A stretch of DNA of 64,000 nt from Dehalococcoidia bacterium (GTDB lineage: Bacteria > Chloroflexota > Dehalococcoidia > Lucifugimonadales > UBA3495), in the NCBI GenBank assembly GCA_963667675.1, contig OY763929.1:2030358-2094357 (forward strand). The letters run 5' to 3'. Both the position numbers and the translations under genes were made by a program. Shown in pieces: positions 28,305 through 37,273 of the stretch (positions are counted from its first letter, which is position 1; each line of letters opens with the position of its first letter). Below the pieces are notes generated by a model. The model was not told where the DNA came from, made no database searches, and saw only the letters and a program-made list of their open reading frames with translations.

Positions 28305-30139
28305 GGCTGGCCCCCGTTATTGGGACAGCTTGGGCCGCATTCTCCCGGCGCGGGGGCGGTCTTCCAGTAGGTGGTGTCGCACCCCAGTCGTTCCAGCATC
28401 TGCTCCGCCAGGCACAAGGGCAAGCCGACAATGTTGCTGTAGCAGCCGTCCCACGACTCTGCCGGGCGCAGGGTCTGGTCCTGCACCCCGTAGCCTCCGG
28501 CTTTGTCCAGGGGAGCGCCGGACAGGACGTAGGCCTCCAGTTCCTCGTCGGAGAAGTTACGCAGGGTTATGTCACTGATCATCGCATCGGTCAGGATGCG
28601 CCCGGAGGCGGCGTCGATAACGGTGACGCCGGTGGTCACCTGGTGGCTAGTGCCCCTCAGCAGCCGCAGCATCCTGCGGGCGTCGTCGGCGTCTTCTGGC
28701 TTCCCTAGTGATTCTCCGTTTAGGACTACGGTGCTGTCGGCAGCCAGGATGTAGCCGTAGTCCATCCGGCTGGCCGCCGCCTGGGCCTTGGCCTGGGACA
28801 GGCGGGCGGTCATTTCCTGTGGCGATTCCCCGGCCAGGCTGTCCTCCGCCACGTCCGCCGGCATCACTTGAAAGCTCACCCCCAGGCCAGCCAGAAGCTG
28901 CCGCCTTCTGGGCGACGCCGAGGCCAGCACCATCGGGGCGGACGCTGCGGCGCGCTCTAGGAACGCGACGCACTCAACGTGGTGGGTCTGGGGAAACATG
29001 TCCAGCGGGACCACCTGCTTTAACGTGTAGTCGCTGTCGCAAAGGGGCTTCAGGTCCCGGGCCATGGTCTCGGCGTCGCAGGAAACGTAGGCCACCCGCG
29101 CCGGGGCAAGCTCTAGCAAGTTGTCCAAGGCTTTGGGTTGGCATCCGGCCCGGGGCGGGTCCAGCACCACCGCGTCGGGCTGGGCGTCCAAGCTGCCCAG
29201 GACTTCCTCGGTCCTGCCCAGCACAAACTCCAGATTGGGCACGCCAGCGGCATTGGCCCGGCAGTCGGCCACCGCCGCCGAGGACTCTTCCACCGCTACG
29301 ACCTTCTTGACGTGCGACGCCAGCAGGATGGCGAAGGCGCCAACCCCGGTGTAGGCGTCCAGCAGCACGTCATCCTGAGTCAACCGCAGGCCGCGGCGCA
29401 CCACCTCCGCCGCCTGGGCCGCCTGTTCCACGTTCACCTGGAAGAACGAGGGAGACGAAACCCGGAAGGTCTTGCCCGCCACAGAATCGGCGTAACTCTT
29501 CTGCCCGGTGGGAATGGTTATGTCCGGGTTGAACAACCTGGGCTGCACCAGGACATCGCCGGTCTCTTGACCAGCCCGCACCGAAAGCTGGGTGGTCTCC
29601 CAGCACTTGCCCTGGAGTTGGCCCAGGCATTCGTTGATTGCCCCGTGCATGATCATGCAGCGGTCGATGTCGACAAAGCGCCGGGAGGCCCGGTTGACGA
29701 AGCCCAGCACACCGCCGTCCCTGACGGTGAACCTGGCGTGGTTGCGGTAGTTCAGCTGGCGAGGGGACGGAATCACGGCGGCGACGGGAGGGTCGGTAAA
29801 TTGACCAATTCGCTGCAGCGCGTCGATGACCCTCTCCCGTTTGGTATCCAGTTGGTGCCTGTAACTGATATGCAGCCACTGGCAGCCGGTGCAGTCGCCG
29901 AAATAGGGGCACGGGGGTTCTACGCGGTGCGGCGACGGCTCCAGCACCTCCACCACCCGCGCCGCCAGCCGCCTGCGGCGAATGTCCACCACCTCGGCCA
30001 CCACCCTCTCGCCGGGGATGCCGCCGAAGACGAACACGTCCCACCCGTCATGGCAGGACATGGCTTCGCCCAGCCGGCCCCACGCGGTCAGTTCCAGGAC
30101 GAGCTTCTCGCCGACGACGGGTTTCACTGCTGTTGACAT
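28301..30139 (-). CDS. Fusion protein: RumA/RlmD-type 23S rRNA (uracil-C5)-methyltransferase + Maf nucleotide pyrophosphatase
   Basis: One uninterrupted 612-aa ORF. N-terminal part has TRAM, the Fe-S motif CPYFGDCTGC, SAM motif DAYTGVGAF and catalytic YVSCD. C-terminal part has LASASPRRRQLL and DKAGGYGVQ (Maf). Confidence 0.8.
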   Translation of the reverse strand: MSTAVKPVVGEKLVLELTAWGRLGEAMSCHDGWDVFVFGGIPGERVVAEVVDIRRRRLAARVVEVLEPSPHRVEPPCPYFGDCTGCQWLHISYRHQLDTKRERVIDALQRIGQFTDPPVAAVIPSPRQLNYRNHARFTVRDGGVLGFVNRASRRFVDIDRCMIMHGAINECLGQLQGKCWETTQLSVRAGQETGDVLVQPRLFNPDITIPTGQKSYADSVAGKTFRVSSPSFFQVNVEQAAQAAEVVRRGLRLTQDDVLLDAYTGVGAFAILLASHVKKVVAVEESSAAVADCRANAAGVPNLEFVLGRTEEVLGSLDAQPDAVVLDPPRAGCQPKALDNLLELAPARVAYVSCDAETMARDLKPLCDSDYTLKQVVPLDMFPQTHHVECVAFLERAAASAPMVLASASPRRRQLLAGLGVSFQVMPADVAEDSLAGESPQEMTARLSQAKAQAAASRMDYGYILAADSTVVLNGESLGKPEDADDARRMLRLLRGTSHQVTTGVTVIDAASGRILTDAMISDITLRNFSDEELEAYVLSGAPLDKAGGYGVQDQTLRPAESWDGCYSNIVGLPLCLAEQMLERLGCDTTYWKTAPAPGECGPSCPNNGGQP

Positions 30140-30466
30140 ACCTGGCCCTACTATACTTTAACCCGTTCCCCAAGCCAAGAAAGGCCCATACCGGTGACCT
30201 CATGTCTTTCCGAGCGATGCCGAAGAATCCAAGCGCCGCGCCTTTTCCATGACGCATCGGATTCTCCCCATCCTCCCGGGTTACTGACACATGGCCCTTG
30301 CGCCGAACCGTGGGTCAGTCATACCATCTAAGTGGTTCCTAATTGACGCGCGATAAAGGAAGCGGCCGCCGCATCCCGCCGGACAGCTAACGACCCAACA
30401 ATCCTGGAAATGTCTCAGAAACATCGGCTCCTACCGCCTCGGCAGCCCAACCTGGCAACCGCACAA

Positions 30467-30496
30467 ATGTCCCAGAATGTCCCAAGATGTCCCAGC
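30467..30496. repeat. Three tandem 10-bp repeats ATGTCCCA(G/A)N upstream of trxA
   Basis: atgtcccaga/atgtcccaag/atgtcccagc at 30467, 30477 and 30487. A related atgtctcag lies at 30410. Confidence 0.8.
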
Positions 30497-30658
30497 AACA
30501 CGAAAAGGCCCCCCGGCCTACCGCACCCGCCGGCTAGGGGCGGCCGCAAGTTGACCCTATATTTGAAGGGGTATACACTGGTTTGAAAGTCCTACGAAGC
30601 CCGGCCCATCGCCGGACATCTAAACTCAATGGACTCCCCTGGTGGTTTGGAGGCAGAA

Positions 30659-30988
30659 ATGGCGGAACCCGTCGAGGTAACTGAATCTAACTGGGACGAC
30701 ACGGTGCTCAACTCGGACGTGCCGGTGCTCGTGGACTTCTGGGCCGAGTGGTGCGGCCCCTGCAAGATGATTGCTCCGACCGTCCATGAAATGGCCGTCG
30801 AGTACGACGGGCAGTTGAACGTGGGCAAGGTCGACGTGGACAGCAACCCCAACATCGCCATGAAGTACGGCGTGCGCAGCATTCCCGCCTTGATTTTCTT
30901 CAAGGACGGCAAGCCGGTGGACCAGATCGTGGGGGCCGTGCCCAAGGGAGTGCTCCAGAAGAAAGTGGACGCGGTGTTGACCGGCTAA
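30659..30988 (+). CDS. trxA: Thioredoxin
   Basis: WAEWCGPCK active site. GGAGG lies 5 nt upstream of the ATG at 30659. Confidence 0.9.
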   Translation: MAEPVEVTESNWDDTVLNSDVPVLVDFWAEWCGPCKMIAPTVHEMAVEYDGQLNVGKVDVDSNPNIAMKYGVRSIPALIFFKDGKPVDQIVGAVPKGVLQKKVDAVLTG

Positions 30989-31009
30989 CAGTCTCTGAGT
31001 CCGTGTCGG

Positions 31010-31106
31010 GGGAGTGGATAGGGCCCGGTGGCCCTTGCGGACTTCAAATCCGTTATGCCTCGTGACGAGCGGGGTAGGTGGGTTCGACTCCCTCGCACTC
31101 CCGCCA
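31010..31106 (+). tRNA. selC: tRNA-Sec (anticodon UCA)
   Basis: 97 nt. Acceptor GGGAGTG/CACTCCC, discriminator G and encoded CCA. 6-bp D-stem AGGGCC/GGCCCT with 4-nt loop CGGT (a tRNA-Sec hallmark). Anticodon loop CTTCAAA, long variable arm and T-loop TTCGACT. The layout parallels E. coli selC. The 8th acceptor pair and one T-stem pair are mismatched in my hand fold. Confidence 0.8.
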
Positions 31107-31110
31107 ACTA

Positions 31111-31144
31111 AGCCCGGTTCTCAATACGAACCGGGCTGTTATTA
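31111..31144 (+). terminator. Rho-independent terminator after selC
   Basis: agcccggttc-tcaatac-gaaccgggct (10-bp stem) followed by gttatta. Confidence 0.7.
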
Positions 31145-31229
31145 TGTCCAAGTTGGCCGGCACGGGTAGGGTCGCCGCGGCTACTGCCCAACCCAGCCCA
31201 ATTGTACCCAGCCGGGCAAGGAGGCGTCC

Positions 31230-31838
31230 ATGCCAGAGGGAATGGACCTGTTCGAGGCAATACACACCCAGCGGGCCATCAGGTCTTTCAAGCCGGACCT
31301 CGTTCCGGACCATCTGATTACCACGCTGCTGGAAGCTGCCGTCAAGGCCCCCAACGGGGGCAACGTCCAAGACTGGCGGTTCATAGTCATCCGCGACCAA
31401 GAGACCAAGCGCAAGATTGGACAGTTGTATCGGACGGGAACCAGGTCCAAGATCGACCCCAACTGGCCCGCCCAGCGGCGAAGGATTTACACCTCGGCCC
31501 AGGAACTGGAGGACCATTTAGAGGAAGTGCCGGCGTTAATCCTGGTATGCATTCCGCCCTATCCAGGGGAGCCCAATCCGGGGGCGATGATATTCCCCGC
31601 CGTCCAGAACATACTGCTGGCCGCCCGAGGCCTGGGGTTGGGCAGCGTGTTGACCGTCAGGCAAAGCCGGCACGAACAGGAACTCAAAGAACTGCTGGAC
31701 ATACCAGAGGGCATGCAAACCGCGGCCTTGCTGCCCATTGGGTACCCCGCCGAAGGAGCCCGCTACGGCCCGACCAGCCGCAAGCCGGTGGCAGAAGTGG
31801 CCTTCAGAGAGACATGGGGGGATAGTTGGGGTCGTTAA
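31230..31838 (+). CDS. Nitroreductase family protein
   Basis: LFEAIHTQRAIRSFKPD...APNGGNVQDWRF is a typical nitroreductase N-terminus. Confidence 0.8.
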   Translation: MPEGMDLFEAIHTQRAIRSFKPDLVPDHLITTLLEAAVKAPNGGNVQDWRFIVIRDQETKRKIGQLYRTGTRSKIDPNWPAQRRRIYTSAQELEDHLEEVPALILVCIPPYPGEPNPGAMIFPAVQNILLAARGLGLGSVLTVRQSRHEQELKELLDIPEGMQTAALLPIGYPAEGARYGPTSRKPVAEVAFRETWGDSWGR

Positions 31839-32013
31839 GCTCGGCGCAGTGATTCGCTACACCAGAACAATGAGTTGGGGGCCGGCGACATCACTAAGGA
31901 GAGGCGCGGGCTAGGGAACTGACAACTGACGTTGCCGACCTGACTGTACCGTAGAGCCATCCACAAGAATGGCGCTCTGCTATACTCGATCTGATTCAAA
32001 TCCAAGTTGAGAC

Positions 32014-32268
32014 GTGCATGTGCCATTCAGGATTATCGGTGACATAGAGCGGGTCGAAACAATTGCGGTCGGCCCTTCGGTTCGGGAGCGTCGACGATTG
32101 GCCGAAGAATACGAGCAAGGCCAGCAACGACGGGCCCAATGGCGCAAACGCAAGGGCTTCGCACAGGTAGAGCTCCCGAATGGTACAATTGAACGCGCGG
32201 AGATACACTGGTACGAGGCCCATGGCATCGGCAGGAAGGAATTCAAGATAAAGCACATATTGATATGA
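32014..32268 (+). CDS. Small basic hypothetical protein (first gene of an overlapping pair)
   Basis: 84 aa, GTG start, in an A/T-richer stretch. No family recognised. Confidence 0.45.
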   Translation: MHVPFRIIGDIERVETIAVGPSVRERRRLAEEYEQGQQRRAQWRKRKGFAQVELPNGTIERAEIHWYEAHGIGRKEFKIKHILI

Positions 32269-32504
32269 CCAATAAGAATGCAAGGCGAGTTACCTGCGTA
32301 AATGCTGACGGCTACCCGGTCTCTTTGGTGATTAACACCACCTATGAGACCATGCCTGATGCCGAGGCGGCGAAACACGGGTTGATCCGGGTAATCGACG
32401 AATCGGGAGAGGACTACCTGTATCCAGAATCTTACTTCGTCCCTGTTGAACCCATCGAGCGGCCCGATTTTCAGGGCCAAAGTACGGGCAGGGTGTCAGG
32501 CTAA
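32265..32504 (+). CDS. Small acidic hypothetical protein (second gene of an overlapping pair)
   Basis: 79 aa. ATGA overlap with the previous ORF. Contains a DESGEDYLYP motif. No family recognised. Confidence 0.45.
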   Translation: MTNKNARRVTCVNADGYPVSLVINTTYETMPDAEAAKHGLIRVIDESGEDYLYPESYFVPVEPIERPDFQGQSTGRVSG

Positions 32505-32657
32505 GGCCGGGCGGAAGCATTGTACTTTCCTGTCGAGTCCCACAGAGGGCTGTCCTGCCACAGGCGGCCCTTTTTATTTCTTGATATCAAGCCCGCAGCT
32601 TGATCAGGCGGAGACCTAAGTTCAACGGCAGGGCGGCGGGATGGCGCGCGCCTCCAT

Positions 32658-34049
32658 CTACAACGGCGGGCGCTGCCAACCTCCCAGGGCCTGCTCGAGT
32701 TTCTTGGCTACCGCGAGGGCCACATCCTCCCGCCAGGGCCTGGCTACTACCTGGACGCCGATGGGCAGCCCCTCTGGAGAGGTCCCTCCCCGCACGACGG
32801 CGCCGGGCCAGCCGGTGAGGTTGTAGGTGTTGGTGTAGCTGGCCAGTGGGGTCGTTTCCTCTTCGTGCAGGCCCCGGTGCTCCGGGGCGGGGAAGGCGGC
32901 GGCGGGGCACACTATAGCGTCGTAGCTCTCCATGAAACCCAGCATGGCGCTGCGGAAGGCGTCGACCTCTTCCAAGACTGCGGTGAACTCGCCGACGGGC
33001 AGGGGCCTGGCCGCTTCTAGCCTTTGGACCAGCCAGGGGTGGACCTCAGTGGTGCCCGCTTTGTCCAACAGCCGTCGTATCCAGGCGCGGCCGTCGGAAG
33101 AACCCAGCTTCACAAAAAGGCGGCCGCTCTGGTCCAAGACGGAGGGGCGGTCTTCCCTCACCGTCGCTCCGATGTCTCTGAGGGCCGCAGCGGCGTTCAG
33201 CACCGTTTGGACGGTCTCATGGGTGGCGGTTACGATGCCGTTGTCGGTGTAGACCGCCACCGACAGGGCGGCGACGTCCACGGCTGAGGGGTCGCCCAGG
33301 GGCATGGGGACAACGTATGGGTCTCGCCAGTCAACGCCAGAGATGATGGGAAGGACGAGATCCAGGTCCTCGACGTACCTGGCCAGGGGGCCGTTCACGG
33401 TCAACGGGTCCATGGCGCCCATGCCGAAGGGGACGACGTGCCCTGTCCTTGGAACGCGTCCCGCGGTGGGCTTCAGGCCGGCAATGCCGCAGAAATGGGA
33501 GGGGAGGCGGACGCTGCCTCCGGTGTCGCTGCCCAGGTCCATGGGAGAACCGCCGGCGGCGATGATGGCCCCGGCGCCGCCGCTGCTGCCGCCGCAAGTC
33601 CTGGAAAAATCGTAGGGGTTGTTAGTGCGGCCGTATACCAGGTTATTAGTCTCGCCGGCCAGGGTCAGTTCAGGAGTGTTGGTCTTTCCCATTAAGATGG
33701 CGCCGGCGGCACGCATGCGGGCTACCACGGTCGCGTCCTCGGTTGGAACATAAGCGGCGCGTCCCTGGGTGCCGCCCGTAGACACCACGCCCTCGGTGTC
33801 CAGGGAGTCTTTTATAGTCATGGGCACGCCGTGGAGGGGCCCAACGGCCTCATCATTAGCCAGGGCCCGGTCGGCCCTTTCCGCCTCGGTACGGGCACGG
33901 TCTGCGGCCAACTGCACTACGGCGTTCAGGCTGGGATTCACCTCTTCGATGCGCCGGAGATGGGCTTCCAGCACTTCTTGACAGGAGACTTGCTTGTCGC
34001 GGATGGCTGCGGCGATGGACTTGGCAGACGAGTAAATCAATTCTTCCAT
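32658..34049 (-). CDS. Amidase (amidase-signature family)
   Basis: GGSSGG signature. Start moved to the ATG at 34049, preceded by AGAGGGG. Confidence 0.8.
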   Translation of the reverse strand: MEELIYSSAKSIAAAIRDKQVSCQEVLEAHLRRIEEVNPSLNAVVQLAADRARTEAERADRALANDEAVGPLHGVPMTIKDSLDTEGVVSTGGTQGRAAYVPTEDATVVARMRAAGAILMGKTNTPELTLAGETNNLVYGRTNNPYDFSRTCGGSSGGAGAIIAAGGSPMDLGSDTGGSVRLPSHFCGIAGLKPTAGRVPRTGHVVPFGMGAMDPLTVNGPLARYVEDLDLVLPIISGVDWRDPYVVPMPLGDPSAVDVAALSVAVYTDNGIVTATHETVQTVLNAAAALRDIGATVREDRPSVLDQSGRLFVKLGSSDGRAWIRRLLDKAGTTEVHPWLVQRLEAARPLPVGEFTAVLEEVDAFRSAMLGFMESYDAIVCPAAAFPAPEHRGLHEEETTPLASYTNTYNLTGWPGAVVRGGTSPEGLPIGVQVVARPWREDVALAVAKKLEQALGGWQRPPL

Positions 34050-34270
34050 GGCGTTCCCCTCTTTTGCGCCGGGTTTCCCATGAATCCTAAGGCCGTTGTG
34101 CAGACGCCGCAAGATGCGTTTGCAGGCCAGAAGCAGGAATCAAATGGCGGCCGCTATGCGCCTCAGGGAATTTTGGACGTGCTTTGATTCCCGGGGCTTT
34201 GGCAGTGTACAATCCGGGTCTCCCAGACCCAAGGCCTCGCCTGAGGCTTATTGATTGGAGGTGGCAGACC

Positions 34271-35257
34271 ATGGAGTATCGCAGATTTGGCCCCACTGAC
34301 TTGACCGTATCGACCCTGGGCGCCGGTGTTTATGTGTACGGTGACGGGCAGTACGGCGATGAAATGGTCGCCGCAATCCACCGCGCCCTGGACGAGGGCG
34401 TCACCTGCTTCGACACCGCCCCCCACTACGGCAAAGGGGATTCCGAGCGTTTGCTAGGCCGCATCCTGGGCCCCCGGCGCAAGGACGTGGTGGTCGTGAC
34501 CAAGGTCGGCTTCGGTTTCCCGGAAAGCACCACCGGCCGGGACAGCAGTCCGGAGACAATTGCGCCGCTGGTGGAGCAAAGCCTGCAGCGAATGCATACC
34601 GATTACATCGACGTGCTGCTGGTGCACGCGCTGGACCACAACACTCCCGTCGCGGACACCCTGGACGCCATGGAAGAGATGGTGCAGCAAGGGAAAGTCA
34701 GGGCCATAGGCGTATCCAATTACACCTTCGAAAAAATCAAAGAATGCGAGGAGACCCGCCCGATCGACGTAGTCCAATACGGCTACAACATGTTCGACCG
34801 GAGGGTGGAGACGGAGGTCCTGCCCTACTGCCTGGAACGTGGCATCGGCGTGATGACCTACGCTTCAATGGGCTACGGGCTGCTCTCGGGCGCCGTCACC
34901 GTGGACACCAAGTTCGGCGCCAACGACATGCGCGGCACCGGCGGCTACGTCGGCTTTACTGCTGGGTTGCTGGACCTGGAGCACCGGCAACGGAACCTGG
35001 AGCTTGTGGAGGAGTTGAAGCCCATAGCCGCCAGGCGGGGCAAGACGATGCCTCAGCTCGCGCTGCGCTGGAACCTGTCCCATCCCGCGCTCAGCACCGC
35101 CCTGGTGGGCATCATTGCACAGAGGGAATTGGAAGAGAACCTGGGATCCCAGGGCTGGGCCCTTTCATCGGACGAGCTTGACGAGATAGATGCGGTCTTT
35201 GCCAAGTACGGAATAGACAACCGTCCCGACATCAGCTTGGACCCCTATGTGGCGTAG
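34271..35257 (+). CDS. Aldo/keto reductase
   Basis: MEYRRFGPTDLTVSTLGAG... has the AKR pattern. GGAGG lies upstream of the ATG at 34271. Confidence 0.85.
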   Translation: MEYRRFGPTDLTVSTLGAGVYVYGDGQYGDEMVAAIHRALDEGVTCFDTAPHYGKGDSERLLGRILGPRRKDVVVVTKVGFGFPESTTGRDSSPETIAPLVEQSLQRMHTDYIDVLLVHALDHNTPVADTLDAMEEMVQQGKVRAIGVSNYTFEKIKECEETRPIDVVQYGYNMFDRRVETEVLPYCLERGIGVMTYASMGYGLLSGAVTVDTKFGANDMRGTGGYVGFTAGLLDLEHRQRNLELVEELKPIAARRGKTMPQLALRWNLSHPALSTALVGIIAQRELEENLGSQGWALSSDELDEIDAVFAKYGIDNRPDISLDPYVA

Positions 35258-35404
35258 GTACGGACGGCTTTAATTGTCCTGCTCCGCGGCGGATTTTGCC
35301 GTTGGCGTGGGCAGAGCCGGGGCGAGTTACCCGGTTTGGGACAATTCGGGTTGACAGGCATAGCAAATATGGTACTGTATACAGTACCATAATGAGGCAC
35401 GGGC

Positions 35405-35641
35405 GTGACCCAATTCCAAAAGCTGATTGACCGAATCCGCGCGCGGCCTTCAGAAGCGAGCTTTAGCGATGTCAGGAGTATCCTGGAAGCACACGGTTGG
35501 GTCCTCAAACGCCGGCAGGGAAGTCACGCCCACTTCACTAAGCCGGGAGAGCGGACCCAGACCGTACCAATTGCCAGGGGGCGCTCAGTGAAACGCTACA
35601 TTTTGGACCAAATTATTGAACGACTTGGATTGGATGAGTGA
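35405..35641 (+). CDS. hicA: HicA-family mRNA interferase toxin
   Basis: GWVLKRRQGSHAHFTKPG is the HicA core. 78 aa. Confidence 0.8.
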   Translation: MTQFQKLIDRIRARPSEASFSDVRSILEAHGWVLKRRQGSHAHFTKPGERTQTVPIARGRSVKRYILDQIIERLGLDE

Positions 35642-36011
35642 AATGGTCGCATCAACTACCCGGAAGCCGTTGGAGCACTATCTGGGCCTTCAGTACCCGT
35701 TTGCGGCCCACGCGGACCCGGATGGAGGGTACGTTATTGTCTACCCGGACTTGCCGGGCTGTATGTCTCAGGCCGAGACCCTGGAGGAGATCCCCGCCAT
35801 GGCAGAGGAAGCCCGGACGGGGTGGATTGAAACGGAGTATGAAGAGGGGCGCAACATTCCCGAGCCCTCTTTTCAGGAATACAGCGGCAAATTCAACGTG
35901 CGGCTACCGAAGTCTTTGCACCGCGCTTTAGCGGACGCCGCCTCCCTAGAAGGCGTCAGCCTCAACCAGTACGTAGTCATGTTGCTCTCAGGCGGGATCT
36001 CCCGCGCGTAG
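35634..36011 (+). CDS. hicB: HicB-family antitoxin with C-terminal RHH/CopG-like DNA-binding tail
   Basis: DGGYVIVYPDLPGCMSQAETLEE... followed by FNVRLPKSLHRALADAASLEGVSLNQYVV. Overlaps the hicA stop. The start could be 35634 or 35643. Confidence 0.8.
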   Translation: MSEMVASTTRKPLEHYLGLQYPFAAHADPDGGYVIVYPDLPGCMSQAETLEEIPAMAEEARTGWIETEYEEGRNIPEPSFQEYSGKFNVRLPKSLHRALADAASLEGVSLNQYVVMLLSGGISRA

Positions 36012-36138
36012 CGTGAGGGACAGTCGAGGCGTACGGCTGCGGGGCCCCTCAACCGGGAAAAACCCTGCTAGTCACTCCTCGGACAATCTTTAGCCTTTTG
36101 GCTACCGACTTGACTGGCTATTACTGCAACACTCGCTC

Positions 36139-37200
36139 ATGGGCCATCTCTACATAGGACGCAACCACCGGGGCGACCCGGATCTCGTGAGAAGCATATT
36201 TCGCCTGCTTGGCACAGATGAAGATGCTCTAACCTTCGCGTTGGGATATCTGCTAGCGCATTCTCCCTCCCTCTGTGCCAACCTGGTCCGGACCCTGGGC
36301 ATCAAACTTCGGCCACCTTTAGGGAATGACTACTCAATACACCTGCAGGAGGTGACCGAACCCGGCTTTGGCCGCAGGGACATCGTCATTGAAATCAGCG
36401 GGAAGATGCGGGTGGTATTAGAGGCCAAAGTAAGAGGTGCCGAACCTTCAGTCCAGCAGCTAACCAAGTACGCCAAAGAAAAGAAACTCTGGAGTTCATT
36501 CCAGGTTCGCATGATTGCGGCACTTACCCAAGTTAAGTTGCCTGAATCAAAAATAGAAGACGTTGAGTCAGAGCTGTGCAGCAATGGGATTGAATTCCGC
36601 GATGTCCAGTGGCATGAAATCATAGACTTAGTGCTTGGGCACGAGACCCAGAATGAGTCAGAATTTGCCAAGTACCTTTTGGATGAGTTCATCCGTTACT
36701 TAAGGAGTGACTACCGTATGGGATATTACGATGCTGAAGTGCTCATTCAAGACGTCAATCGCCTCAATAAGGACATTTTTGAGAACGGGTGGATGTACGT
36801 AACCGCTGTCAAAGATAAGCGGGCGCCTCTTTACTTTGCCCCCTACTTCACCAGAGAGTGCATAGATAGCGGTCTAAGATGGTTGGCACGTGTGCTAGAT
36901 ACAGAAGAAGTAGTATTGGCCACTAAGGGAGATGCTGTCGAAGGACCCACAGAAGACGAAGAACATCGCCGTAGATGGGGTTTGGGCCTGCGGAAACTGC
37001 GCGAGAGGGCCGTTAGGGAGGGATTTGCGGACGAGGTAGTCAGATTGCTTTATCTGGACCGCCCGCTCAGCTTCCGCAGCGCGCCGTTGACAAAGAAGGT
37101 ATTCAACAGCATTAACCCGTCGAAGAAGCAGATTCCGAACCAGATACCCAAGGGGTTCAGCCTGGGATTCGATGACCTTCTCAAGGCGGGCCCTGAATGA
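36139..37200 (+). CDS. Hypothetical protein with N-terminal PD-(D/E)xK nuclease-like motif and unknown C-terminal domain
   Basis: 353 aa and visibly A/T-richer. GRRDIVIE...VVLEAKV matches a D...E-x-K nuclease core. I recognise no family for the C-terminal ~170 aa. Confidence 0.5.
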   Translation: MGHLYIGRNHRGDPDLVRSIFRLLGTDEDALTFALGYLLAHSPSLCANLVRTLGIKLRPPLGNDYSIHLQEVTEPGFGRRDIVIEISGKMRVVLEAKVRGAEPSVQQLTKYAKEKKLWSSFQVRMIAALTQVKLPESKIEDVESELCSNGIEFRDVQWHEIIDLVLGHETQNESEFAKYLLDEFIRYLRSDYRMGYYDAEVLIQDVNRLNKDIFENGWMYVTAVKDKRAPLYFAPYFTRECIDSGLRWLARVLDTEEVVLATKGDAVEGPTEDEEHRRRWGLGLRKLRERAVREGFADEVVRLLYLDRPLSFRSAPLTKKVFNSINPSKKQIPNQIPKGFSLGFDDLLKAGPE

Positions 37201-37273
37201 ACTCAATTTGGGGAGTATGGCATGGGGCCAGAGCGGAATGGACAGGTTAGTTCCGTTCGAAGCCCCTCCTTGA

